Part shown: positions 8,834 through 16,751 of the stretch, in pieces
How the letters are laid out: each line of letters opens with the position of its first letter
Position numbering within the stretch: position 1 is the first letter of the stretch
Source: SAR324 cluster bacterium
GTDB taxonomy: Bacteria; SAR324; JACQKK01
NCBI GenBank assembly: GCA_022573975.1
Contig: JACZSY010000001.1
Location: 1 to 53,192 of the forward strand
DNA: 53,192 nt
Direction: 5' to 3'
The notes under the pieces: model-generated
The model's input: the letters and a program-made list of their open reading frames with translations, nothing else
Told to the model about the DNA's origin: nothing
The model's database searches: none
Position numbers and translations under genes: made by a program

Positions 8834-10495
8834 GTGAGAAAGAATGGCTTCGCCGCAAGCCATTGGGGATTGGCCCGTAAAAAAAGATTGCATCGGTTCA
8901 CCCGGAGCGGACCGGCCCCGAGGGCGGGTCTGCCGGCCGTTTTCTCCCGATCGCCATGGGCGGTGCTGCTGTTGGCATGGGTGGTCATTTCCTCGGCGCA
9001 GGCGCAAACGGCACCGCCGCAGGCGCAAACAGCACCGCCGCAGGCCCAAAAAGCACCCTCTCCTGGAACGATGAAAGTCGCCGGCCGTCTTCAGGGCGCC
9101 CCTCCCGGCGCCGAAATCGAAACGGCGCGCGTGGCGCTCATCCAGTACACCCTGGATGCGCGGAGCCGGATTCAGGAGAAAAAGATCGAGGAAGTATCCC
9201 CCGGCAAGGACGGGCGTTTTGCCTTTAAACCGGTCACCGGCAGGGTCAAGGGGATGTACCGCATCACCGCCATGCTGGGGGATCGCCGCACCGGCACCGA
9301 TTTGTTTCCGCTGGCCAGGCCGGGCGAGACCAAATCGTTCGACTTGCGGTTTCCCCGGTTGATCGAGGACCGCTCGGCCCTGCGCATCGATGAGGGTCTG
9401 GTGCTGATCGAAATCCGGAAGACTTCGGTGAGAGTGACGGAAGTGGTGCATCTGCTCAATCCGACCCGGAACACCATGGAAGGGGTGAAAAATCCCTTTC
9501 AACTGTTCATTCCGAAGGCGGCTGAAGCGCTGGAAATGCTCAGCCCTCCCAACGCAGCCAACCGCCACCGGCGGATGGACACCAGGCTGCTGGTTTCCGG
9601 CCACCTGCCTCCCGGCCGCACCACCGTGGCTTTCCGCTATCGCCTCCCCACCGCCTCGGGCGCTCTCATCCTGGAAAAGCGCTATCCGCATCCCGTCGTC
9701 AATTTCCTGCTTCTGTCTCCCGAGGGTGCGGCAACCCTGGAGAGTCCGGGCTTTACCAGGGAAAAGGACCGCACCATCGAAGCGGTGCGCTATCGTGCCT
9801 GGTCCCGGAAATCCATCGAAGCCGGGCGGAACATCACGCTGAAATTGACGGGATTTCCCCAACTGATCTCGGACCGCTCGGCCCTGCGCATCCAGGAAGT
9901 GCGGATCGTCTTCGAACCGTCCAGCGGGGGCGTGTTCGTGACGGAGGTGCTCCATTTTATCAACCCCACCAAGGACATCATGGAAGGGGTGAAGACCCCG
10001 TTTGCGGTTTCCATTCCAGCGGAGGCCGAATCGGTGAAGATGATCTACACCGAAAAGCAAAAGGAAACCCATCGCCGGGAGGGCGGCAAGGTGCTGGTGT
10101 ACAGCAACCTGCCGCCGGGCCGCACCACGGTGGCTTTCCGTTACCGTCTTGCCGCCGGTTGGGGGAGCCTTTCGCTGCAAAAACGGTATGGTTGGCCCGT
10201 GGCCAATTTATTCGTTCTGTCCCCCGAGGGTCAACTGACTTTGAGCAGTGAGGGCTTTGTCCGGGATGAGGTTCGCACCTTCGAAAAGACTCGGTTCGAT
10301 TCCTGGCTGCGAACGGGAATCGAGGCCGGGCAAACGGTCACCCTGACCGTTTCCGGGCTGCCCATCCGCCAGAGCCTGATGCTGCCCTGGATCGGCGTGT
10401 TCCTGGCGGTGATGGCGGGCGTGGTGACGTGGTATTGGCGAAAACGGCTTCCGGGGGAGGAACAGGCGGCGTCAGGAACTCCGGCCCAGGGGTGA
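8834..10495 (+). CDS. Exported, C-terminally membrane-anchored protein with a CarboxypepD_reg-like domain and two tandem 168-aa modules; function unknown
   Basis: There is no ATG in frame. GTG at 8834 follows GAGGAAGGA. Signal-like SPWAVLLLAWVVISSAQA-QT, then a QAQTAPP repeat, then MKVAGRLQG..DGRFAFKPV. The duplicated modules each contain DRSALRI..NPT(R/K).(T/I)MEGVK.PF..LPPGRTTVAFRYRL..SPEG. The C-terminal TM helix is LMLPWIGVFLAVMAGVVTWYW. The exact start is uncertain. Confidence 0.7.
   Translation: MRKNGFAASHWGLARKKRLHRFTRSGPAPRAGLPAVFSRSPWAVLLLAWVVISSAQAQTAPPQAQTAPPQAQKAPSPGTMKVAGRLQGAPPGAEIETARVALIQYTLDARSRIQEKKIEEVSPGKDGRFAFKPVTGRVKGMYRITAMLGDRRTGTDLFPLARPGETKSFDLRFPRLIEDRSALRIDEGLVLIEIRKTSVRVTEVVHLLNPTRNTMEGVKNPFQLFIPKAAEALEMLSPPNAANRHRRMDTRLLVSGHLPPGRTTVAFRYRLPTASGALILEKRYPHPVVNFLLLSPEGAATLESPGFTREKDRTIEAVRYRAWSRKSIEAGRNITLKLTGFPQLISDRSALRIQEVRIVFEPSSGGVFVTEVLHFINPTKDIMEGVKTPFAVSIPAEAESVKMIYTEKQKETHRREGGKVLVYSNLPPGRTTVAFRYRLAAGWGSLSLQKRYGWPVANLFVLSPEGQLTLSSEGFVRDEVRTFEKTRFDSWLRTGIEAGQTVTLTVSGLPIRQSLMLPWIGVFLAVMAGVVTWYWRKRLPGEEQAASGTPAQG
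8998..9060. repeat. 3 x 21-bp in-frame tandem repeat (QAQTAPP)
   Basis: gcaggcgcaaacggcaccgcc / gcaggcgcaaacagcaccgcc / gcaggcccaaaaagcaccctc. Confidence 0.9.
9368..10375. repeat. Internal tandem duplication, 2 x 504 bp, within the envelope protein gene
   Basis: gaccgctcggccctgcgcatc occurs at 9368 and again at 9872 (offset 504). ctgcc(t/g)cc(c/g)ggccgcaccac(c/g)gtggctttccg occurs at 9605 and 10109 with the same offset. Confidence 0.85.
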
Positions 10496-11815
10496 AATCA
10501 GCGTCAGGATGTGCTCGGAAGCCACATCGGCGACTATCCCCCGCAGCCATTCCCTGCCCTCCGCGGCCGCCGCGGCGGGGAGCGCCTGGATCGCCCGGGT
10601 GTACTTTCCATCGGCTTGCGCCGCGCAGGCGTCGAGGGCCGTCATCAAAGCAGCGGGCGCTTCCACGGCCCTGCCCCAGGCCCCCAACAGATGCGCCTCG
10701 ATGCCCGGCCAGCGATCGAGCAGGGCGCGATGCTGATGGATGCGGGGGTCGTCTTCCCCTTGCTGCCCCAGCAGGGCCAGCGAGCGTTCCATCCGCCCGG
10801 CCAGGGCGCCCAACTGGGCGATCCGTTCGGAGACGTTGAGGCGCACCATTTCGCGCCCCCGCGCATACAGGGCGCTTCGATCCGCATCGTTCGCGGCCAG
10901 CCGCGCCCGCACCTGCCCGTACCAGGCATCCAGGGCGCACAATTGCCCCACCACCTCGATCTGGTGGGTGTAGATGCGATAAATGGAGCCGTAGACCTCC
11001 AGGTCGAAGGAGGCCGATTCCGCCTCCTGGGAGGGAGGCGCGGCAAGGTTCATCCCTTGGCGCAGGTTGCGGTGAAACCTGCCCCCCGCGCCGGTGATGG
11101 CGCCAAAATCGGCATTGAGCGGGCCGACCAGGCTGGCGTGGCCCCCGATGAAAAGGCGTTCCTCGTTGAGGAAGACCCCGTCCACCACATTGCCCAGCAG
11201 GCTTCCGGTGGCCTTGTCGCCCCGGGGGGTGAAATTGAAATGGATGGCCCCGCTGCCGATCTCGCTGAAGCGGCCGGCCCCCGGGCCGCTCCCGCCCGCC
11301 ACCAGGATATCGCACCAATTGATGTTGCTGCCCAGGGTGACCCAGGGAAACAGGATGGTCATTTTGGTGTCGGTGTGCTGGGCGGAATTGGCGTCTTCTT
11401 CGTACAGGCTGCCCTTGCGCGCACGGAACCCGAATCCGGTGGAAAAATCGGGGTCTCCTGTTTCCTTGCCGAGGAATACCGCCTGCTCGGCCACGCCGCA
11501 GCCCAACACCGTGCCGGGCCCGGCGGCCACGCCATCGAGGGTGACCGGTCCGAGGGCGCCCACCACGGCCTCTTTTCCGATCCAGCAATCGTGGAGGGTG
11601 GCGGGCCCCGCGGCGCCGATCACCGCGCCGGCGTCGATCCGCATGCCGGCGCCGCCGAGACGGGTGAACGGATGCAACACCACGCCGGGGGCAATCGCTT
11701 CCAGCGGAACGTCCCTGGCGATATGCACCTGATGGGGGGAAGGGATGTGGACGCCCTTTTGGGCCAGCCTCTCCAATTCGGCGGCCGCATATCCGGACGG
11801 TTCGCGATCTTCCAT
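10472..11815 (-). CDS. Left-handed beta-helix (hexapeptide-repeat, GlmU/LpxA-like fold) protein with a helical C-terminal domain; function unknown
   Basis: Repetitive hexapeptide-like turns (IDAGAVIGAAGPATLHDCWIGKEAVVGALGPVTLDGVAAGPGTVLG; IGSGAIHFNFTPRGDKATGSLLGNVVDGVFLNEERLFIGGHASLVGP). Start shown is ATG at MEDREP with AAGGA upstream. Alternatives are ATG at 11857, which overlaps the Hpt stop, or the codon at 11884. The 3' end overlaps the convergent gene by 24 nt. Confidence 0.7.
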   Translation of the reverse strand: MEDREPSGYAAAELERLAQKGVHIPSPHQVHIARDVPLEAIAPGVVLHPFTRLGGAGMRIDAGAVIGAAGPATLHDCWIGKEAVVGALGPVTLDGVAAGPGTVLGCGVAEQAVFLGKETGDPDFSTGFGFRARKGSLYEEDANSAQHTDTKMTILFPWVTLGSNINWCDILVAGGSGPGAGRFSEIGSGAIHFNFTPRGDKATGSLLGNVVDGVFLNEERLFIGGHASLVGPLNADFGAITGAGGRFHRNLRQGMNLAAPPSQEAESASFDLEVYGSIYRIYTHQIEVVGQLCALDAWYGQVRARLAANDADRSALYARGREMVRLNVSERIAQLGALAGRMERSLALLGQQGEDDPRIHQHRALLDRWPGIEAHLLGAWGRAVEAPAALMTALDACAAQADGKYTRAIQALPAAAAAEGREWLRGIVADVASEHILTLISPLGRSS

Positions 11816-11843
11816 CAAAGGGGGTTCCTTGGGCGCCAAATTG

Positions 11844-12206
11844 TCAAAGGGTGGCATCTGGGCCGGTTTCGATACTTTCCCCAATGGCTTCCAGCAATCC
11901 CCCCATCATGCGATTCAAGACCGCGTGATCGGAGGTCAGCCGTTCACCTTCCTGAAGAAACCGCTGCTGGCACTTCCGGGCGATTTTACCCAGGCCCGCA
12001 TAACCGTACATCGCGCTTGAACCGGCCAGTTTATGCACCAAGATGGTCAATTCCTTGAGGACACCTTCCGCATCCTCCGTCTCCTCCATGGTGCGCAGCA
12101 TTGCTTCGATGCGCTGCTTGCGTTCGCGCAGCAACTGGGCGAATTCCTCCTGCAAGGCGATCATTTCCTCTTCCACCATTCCGGGTGGAGGCCTATCCCT
12201 TGCCAT
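11844..12206 (-). CDS. Stand-alone Hpt (histidine phosphotransfer) domain protein
   Basis: 120 aa, four-helix-type sequence with LVHKLAGSSAMYGYAGL, matching the HxxKG(S/A) phospho-His motif of Hpt domains. Confidence 0.8.
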   Translation of the reverse strand: MARDRPPPGMVEEEMIALQEEFAQLLRERKQRIEAMLRTMEETEDAEGVLKELTILVHKLAGSSAMYGYAGLGKIARKCQQRFLQEGERLTSDHAVLNRMMGGLLEAIGESIETGPDATL

Positions 12207-12681
12207 ACGACACCCCTCGCTCGCAATTGTTCGACCGCTCCGGCGGCCGGTGCGGGATCGTGATCAGGCGGCTTCAAGATAGCATCGCTTGGGCCTCAAC
12301 TTCAAATATAAGGGACATCATGCCAGGGTAAGTACAAAGGCCCGGAGAATCCGCCTCTCGAAAAACCGAGGGTTGCGCAGGCGTCCCCACCCATGCGGGA
12401 TAAGCTTTTGTTGAGCCGGGCGGACGGGCCGGCCGGGGTGGCGCCTCCCTGCGAAACACCGGTATTTTCCTGGCGGGCCGGACCTTTTTTTGACCGCCTG
12501 TTTACATGTCCCTGTTGCTTGCCGCGCCGTGGGAGATTGTGGCGGGGGGCATGGAAACGGCGCGCGCCTTCGGTTATACTTTCATCAGGGCGTTTCTGTT
12601 GGTCAATGAACGGCCTGGCCCCATGGGGCGGGGAATGGACCCGCAAAAAAAGATTCAATTTGGGATGCGCTTCGATCGGCC

Positions 12682-14580
12682 ATGATGGATTTCCAATACG
12701 AGAACCTGACCTTTTTCCCCGTGCTCCATGGCAAACTGGAGTTCGCGGAGGTGGTGCGCCGGGCCCTGCTGGCCGATCCGCCGGACGTGGTGGCGGTGGA
12801 ACTGCCGTCGACCTGGCGCGTTCCCTTGATTCAGGCGGTCAACCGGTTGCCTTTCCTTTCGCTGCTGTTGGATGAGGAGGGGGAGGAGAGCCATGCCTTT
12901 CTGGCGGTGGAACCCACCGACGCCTTGATCGAGGCGGTGCGCACCGCCAAGGATTTGGGCCTCCCGGTGGAACTGATCGACCTGGACATGGAAACCTACC
13001 CCATGGAACGCGATCCGCTGCCCGACACCTTCGCCCTGCGCGAGTTGGGCTATCATGGTTTCGTGGAAACCTACCTGAAGCACACGCCCCCCCGCCAGCT
13101 CGGCGAGGATGCGCGGCGGGAAACCATGATGGCCCATGCGCTCCAGCAACTTCTCCGGGACGGAAGGCGGGTGGCCTGCGTGCTGGGCGCGGCGCATGTT
13201 CAAGGCGTGATGGCGCTTTTGCCCCAACCCCAGCCGCGGCCCCTGGCCCGGGCGCGCTCCCGGCGGATCCGGTTGTACAACTGGTCCCTCAAATCCTCCA
13301 TGGAATGCATGGCCGAAGCGCCTTATCTGGCCGCCGCCTACGAGCGTTGGCGCACCACGCTTCCCGCTGCCGGGCCACATCCGGGGCCGGAAACCGCGCA
13401 GCCCTCCGCTCTCCGCCAGGAATGCGGGGGAGTCGACCGCGAACTCGAAAGCGAGGATATGTTGCGCCAGGCCGCCGCGGCCTACCGGGAACATTACCTG
13501 GAAGAACTCAACCCCCGCCAGTTGGAACGATTGGGAACCTTCGCCATCAAATACGCCCGGGTGGACGGGTTGATGGTGCCCGACCTGTTTCACCTGGTCA
13601 CCGCGGCGCGGGGGGTGGTGGACGACGACCTGGCCTACGAGGTGTGGGACCTGTCCAGCCATTATCCCTGGCAGGATGGCTCCGGAATGCTCCCCACCAT
13701 CGACCTGGAAGAGACCGCCGCCTATGTCAAGGGGCGCAGGATGACCCTGCATCGCAAGATTCGCCGGCGCAGGCCGCAACTGAGGAGATTCTCCCGCAAA
13801 AAAAGGCTCCGCGAGGCCCATGGGGAGTCCTGGAAATCCGAATGGAGCGGGATGAGCATCTGTTCCCATCAACCCGAGGACCTGGTGATCGAGGAGTATG
13901 GCCGATACCTGCGCCACAAGGCCGCGTCCATGCTGTCGGCCGAGCGAAGCAGGGTGGAACCGTTTCAGGTCTCGCTCAAGGACGGGGTGGATATCCGCGA
14001 AACCCTGCGCAACTGGCATGAAAAAAAACTGTACGTCCGCGAAGAAGGCAGGATGACCGGAGGCGTGGGCTCGGTGGTGGTGGTGTTCGATGCGGATCGA
14101 AACGGACGGCGGGACGCCTTGCTGGGGGACTCCGGCGATGACGGGATGGAGCGCTATCCATGGCGGGTGACCTGGCTGGGTGAGCATGACCAGGAATCGG
14201 ACATGGCCTTTTATGCCACCGAGGCGGGGGAGAACCTGGTGGGGCCCGGCATCTCCCGCTGCGAATACGGCGGGTTCGTGATGACCTATCCCCCCATGCG
14301 GATGGTGGACGTGTGGAACGATCCGGCCTTTCAATACGCGCGGGACAAGACCGAAACCCTGTTGCTGGCGGGGCTCGATTACGCGGAGCAGCGCCATGTG
14401 CTCTATGTGGCCGAAAAACCGCCGCGCAGCTGGTTCCAGACCCTGGCCGGGCGGATGGGAAAAACGCTGATCTACCTCCCGCTGGGCCAGCTCGATCCCG
14501 GCACCGTTCGGAAAATCCGCTCCTTCCACGTGCTCGATGGCAAGCAGGTGCGCGATCGCGCGCCAGAGTACATCCGATGA
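12682..14580 (+). CDS. Conserved hypothetical protein, 632 aa, N-terminus reminiscent of TraB/DUF5682-type proteins
   Basis: FFPVLHGKLEFAEVVRRALLADPPDVVAVELPSTW...AVEPTDALIEAVRTAKDLGLPVELIDLD resembles, from memory, the N-terminal layout of DUF5682/TraB-like families. The rest has protein-like composition. Family assignment is tentative. Confidence 0.6.
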   Translation: MMDFQYENLTFFPVLHGKLEFAEVVRRALLADPPDVVAVELPSTWRVPLIQAVNRLPFLSLLLDEEGEESHAFLAVEPTDALIEAVRTAKDLGLPVELIDLDMETYPMERDPLPDTFALRELGYHGFVETYLKHTPPRQLGEDARRETMMAHALQQLLRDGRRVACVLGAAHVQGVMALLPQPQPRPLARARSRRIRLYNWSLKSSMECMAEAPYLAAAYERWRTTLPAAGPHPGPETAQPSALRQECGGVDRELESEDMLRQAAAAYREHYLEELNPRQLERLGTFAIKYARVDGLMVPDLFHLVTAARGVVDDDLAYEVWDLSSHYPWQDGSGMLPTIDLEETAAYVKGRRMTLHRKIRRRRPQLRRFSRKKRLREAHGESWKSEWSGMSICSHQPEDLVIEEYGRYLRHKAASMLSAERSRVEPFQVSLKDGVDIRETLRNWHEKKLYVREEGRMTGGVGSVVVVFDADRNGRRDALLGDSGDDGMERYPWRVTWLGEHDQESDMAFYATEAGENLVGPGISRCEYGGFVMTYPPMRMVDVWNDPAFQYARDKTETLLLAGLDYAEQRHVLYVAEKPPRSWFQTLAGRMGKTLIYLPLGQLDPGTVRKIRSFHVLDGKQVRDRAPEYIR

Positions 14581-14662
14581 AGGGAGTGCATCCGGTGAAC
14601 GAAGCGCCTCCGATGAGACCGCGGCAGGTGGCCCTGCCGGCCCCATCCCTGGCCAGCGCACG

Positions 14663-14848
14663 GTTGAGGAAACCTTGCGGGCTTTCGGCGAGGTGCACGT
14701 GCTCTGCAACAACGCCAGAGTGGGCATGCTGTTGATCTTCCCCAACTTTGTTCGCGATCCTTTTTCCTTCTGGAAGGCCGATGTGGACGCCTGGCGGAAA
14801 ATCCTCGACCTGAACGTCAACGGCGCCTTCGTGATGGCCCGCACCGCC
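14663..14848 (+). pseudogene. Remnant of an SDR gene (about 62 codons)
   Basis: VEETLRAFGEVHVLCNNARVG...DVDAWRKILDLNVNGAFVMARTA matches the (A)FG.(L/V)D(V)LVNNAG ... W..(V/I).(D)(V/L)N..G.F segment of SDRs. There is no Rossmann N-terminus and no catalytic YxxxK, and it is squeezed between two intact genes. Confidence 0.45.
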
Positions 14849-14860
14849 AATCCGCCCCGC

Positions 14861-15823
14861 TCAGGCGGCTCCGCTGGCGCTTTCCGCGGCGGTTTGTTCC
14901 ATGGTGGTTTGTTCCACGGTGGCGTGTTCCATGGTGGCGTGTTCCATGGTGGCGTCTTCCGCCGCCGCGTTGGATTGCGGGCCGGCGAGGCCACGGGCGG
15001 CCTCCCAGGCCAGCAGCAGCCGCTTGCGATGGCTGCCCCAGCGGTATTCCCCCAACTGCCCCAGCCCGCGGATCACCCGGTGACACGGAATCAGGTAGGC
15101 GATGGCGTTGCGGGCCACGGCCTGGCCCACGGCCCGGGCGGCCCGGGGGTGGCCGGCCCGCGCGGCGAGCGCTCCGTAGCTGATCATGCCCCCCGGAGCG
15201 ATTTCCAACAGGGCGCGCCAGACGTTGACCTGAAAATTGGTGCCCCGCAACACCAGATTCAAGGCCGAGGGTCCAACCGCGGGGTTGGCTCCGAAAATTC
15301 GTTCCACCACCGGCGCGGTCATCTCCGGCCGCTCCGAAATCGTCGCCCGCTCCCAGCCGGCGTTGAGTGTTTTCAGCACCGCCGCCCGTTGCCCGGGCCC
15401 GGCGAAGGCCAGGCCATGGATGCCGCGATCGGTCATCAGCAAGACGCATTCCCCGAAGGGCGTGGGGTGAAACCCGTAGCCCATGCTCAGGCCCTCGCCC
15501 CTGCTTTTGAACTCGCCGGGCGTCACGGCCTCGTGGGTCACGAACAGGTCGTGCAGGCGCCCCGGCCCGGACAACCCGGCGTCCAGCGAAACGTCCAGCA
15601 CATTGGCCTGGGGTGAGGAAAGCAGGCCTTTGGCATGGTCCAGCGAGAGGCATTGCTGGAAGCGGCCGGGGCTGATGCCGGCCCAGCGGGTGAACAGCCG
15701 CTGAAAATGAAACTTGCTCAGCTTCGCCGCGGCGGCCGTTTCCTCCAGGCTGGGCCGTCGCAGAAAATTTTCCGCCAGGAACCGCAGCGCTCTTTCCATC
15801 CGCATCGTATCGGTATCTTCCAT
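14861..15823 (-). CDS. AraC-type HTH / O6-methylguanine-DNA methyltransferase fusion (Ada-like regulator-repair protein)
   Basis: Start at MEDTDTMRMERALRFL with GGAGA upstream. AraC HTH LSKFHFQRLFTRWAGISPGRF. MGMT active site AYLIPCHRVI. C-terminal tail of repeated (E/T)(H/Q)ATM(E) units. Confidence 0.85.
   Translation of the reverse strand: MEDTDTMRMERALRFLAENFLRRPSLEETAAAAKLSKFHFQRLFTRWAGISPGRFQQCLSLDHAKGLLSSPQANVLDVSLDAGLSGPGRLHDLFVTHEAVTPGEFKSRGEGLSMGYGFHPTPFGECVLLMTDRGIHGLAFAGPGQRAAVLKTLNAGWERATISERPEMTAPVVERIFGANPAVGPSALNLVLRGTNFQVNVWRALLEIAPGGMISYGALAARAGHPRAARAVGQAVARNAIAYLIPCHRVIRGLGQLGEYRWGSHRKRLLLAWEAARGLAGPQSNAAAEDATMEHATMEHATVEQTTMEQTAAESASGAA
14891..14965. repeat. About 5 x 15-bp in-frame tandem repeat in the C-terminal tail of the Ada-like gene
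   Basis: ggtttgttccatggt / ggtttgttccacggt / ggcgtgttccatggt / ggcgtgttccatggt / ggcgtcttccgccgc. Confidence 0.9.
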
Positions 15824-16081
15824 GGGGTCTCCAAAATAATTCCCGTATCGGCGAGGTTCAACCGTTATTCCCGCCTTCAGGGTACCCGCCCGCCGGAAAT
15901 CCGCCCACCCGAATCTTGCTCGGCCGCGCCCCCCCGGTGGAGGTTCGCCAGGGCATCGCCGGGAAAATCGCGGAAGGCCTCGGCGGCGATATCTTCCCGG
16001 CATCGCGGGCGGCGCTACGGTAGCGATGCGGGATTGGTCCCCCCGGCCTTATACCTTCCGCCTTATATCATAGCCAAAGGC

Positions 16082-16133
16082 GGCGCGGGATTTCGGCGTG
16101 GGTGTTCGGCGTGGGTTTTGGCGCGGGATGGGA
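16082..16133. repeat. About 4 x 13-bp degenerate tandem repeat (GGCGYGGGTKTTY), intergenic
   Basis: ggcgcgggatttc ggcgtgggtgttc ggcgtgggttttg gcgcgggatggga. Confidence 0.75.
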
Positions 16134-16482
16134 AAAGTGCCGGTTTGAGAAATTGAAAACGGGCTGACGGCCCAGCGTAAGGGACCGGAAAACATGACGA
16201 ATGGGTATCGTTGAGAAGTTCCGCTTGTTTTCCCGTTTCGAAGGATGGGGGTTGGAAGATCGGATGCGGCGCCGAGGCTCCGCCCGATCTGGCCGGTCAT
16301 GTTTGGGGAGAAAAAAGGGGCCTTCCTGCCGGTATGGGCGAACCGGATTTGAAATGGGTAGACTTGACCGGAGAGAGAAAGGTATGATCGTTGGCAGGTT
16401 CGGTGGAAAGGCAACGCTTGCCTCTTCCACGAGGTTCATTCAGACTCGGCGGGTCGAGCTTTCACATTCATAGAGGTCTTCG

Positions 16483-16689
16483 ATGTTTGGATTAGGCATG
16501 CAGGAATTGCTCATCATCCTGGTGATCGTGGTGCTGCTCTTTGGAGCCACACGTCTGCCACAGGTGGGAGAGGGCGTGGGCAAGATGATCACCAATTTTC
16601 GCAAAAGCATGAAAAAAGCGGGGAAATCCGACGAGGAAGAAACGGGGAAGGAAGGGGACGATTCCAAGAAGGAAATCCCCGACGCCTGA
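16483..16689 (+). CDS. tatA: Twin-arginine translocase subunit TatA/E
   Basis: [45 protein letters not shown]: a canonical TatA TM helix, FG hinge and amphipathic helix, with an acidic tail. Confidence 0.93.
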   Translation: MFGLGMQELLIILVIVVLLFGATRLPQVGEGVGKMITNFRKSMKKAGKSDEEETGKEGDDSKKEIPDA

Positions 16690-16751
16690 AGGGGCGATGT
16701 GTCCGCCAACCATGGCCGGCGGAGGCCTCGCACGGCCGTCCGAAATTTTCC

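Noticed and set aside
10283-10296. GGTTCGATTCC, a tRNA T-loop-like string
   Set aside because: It lies inside a coding repeat module. The flanks cannot form a T-stem or acceptor stem.
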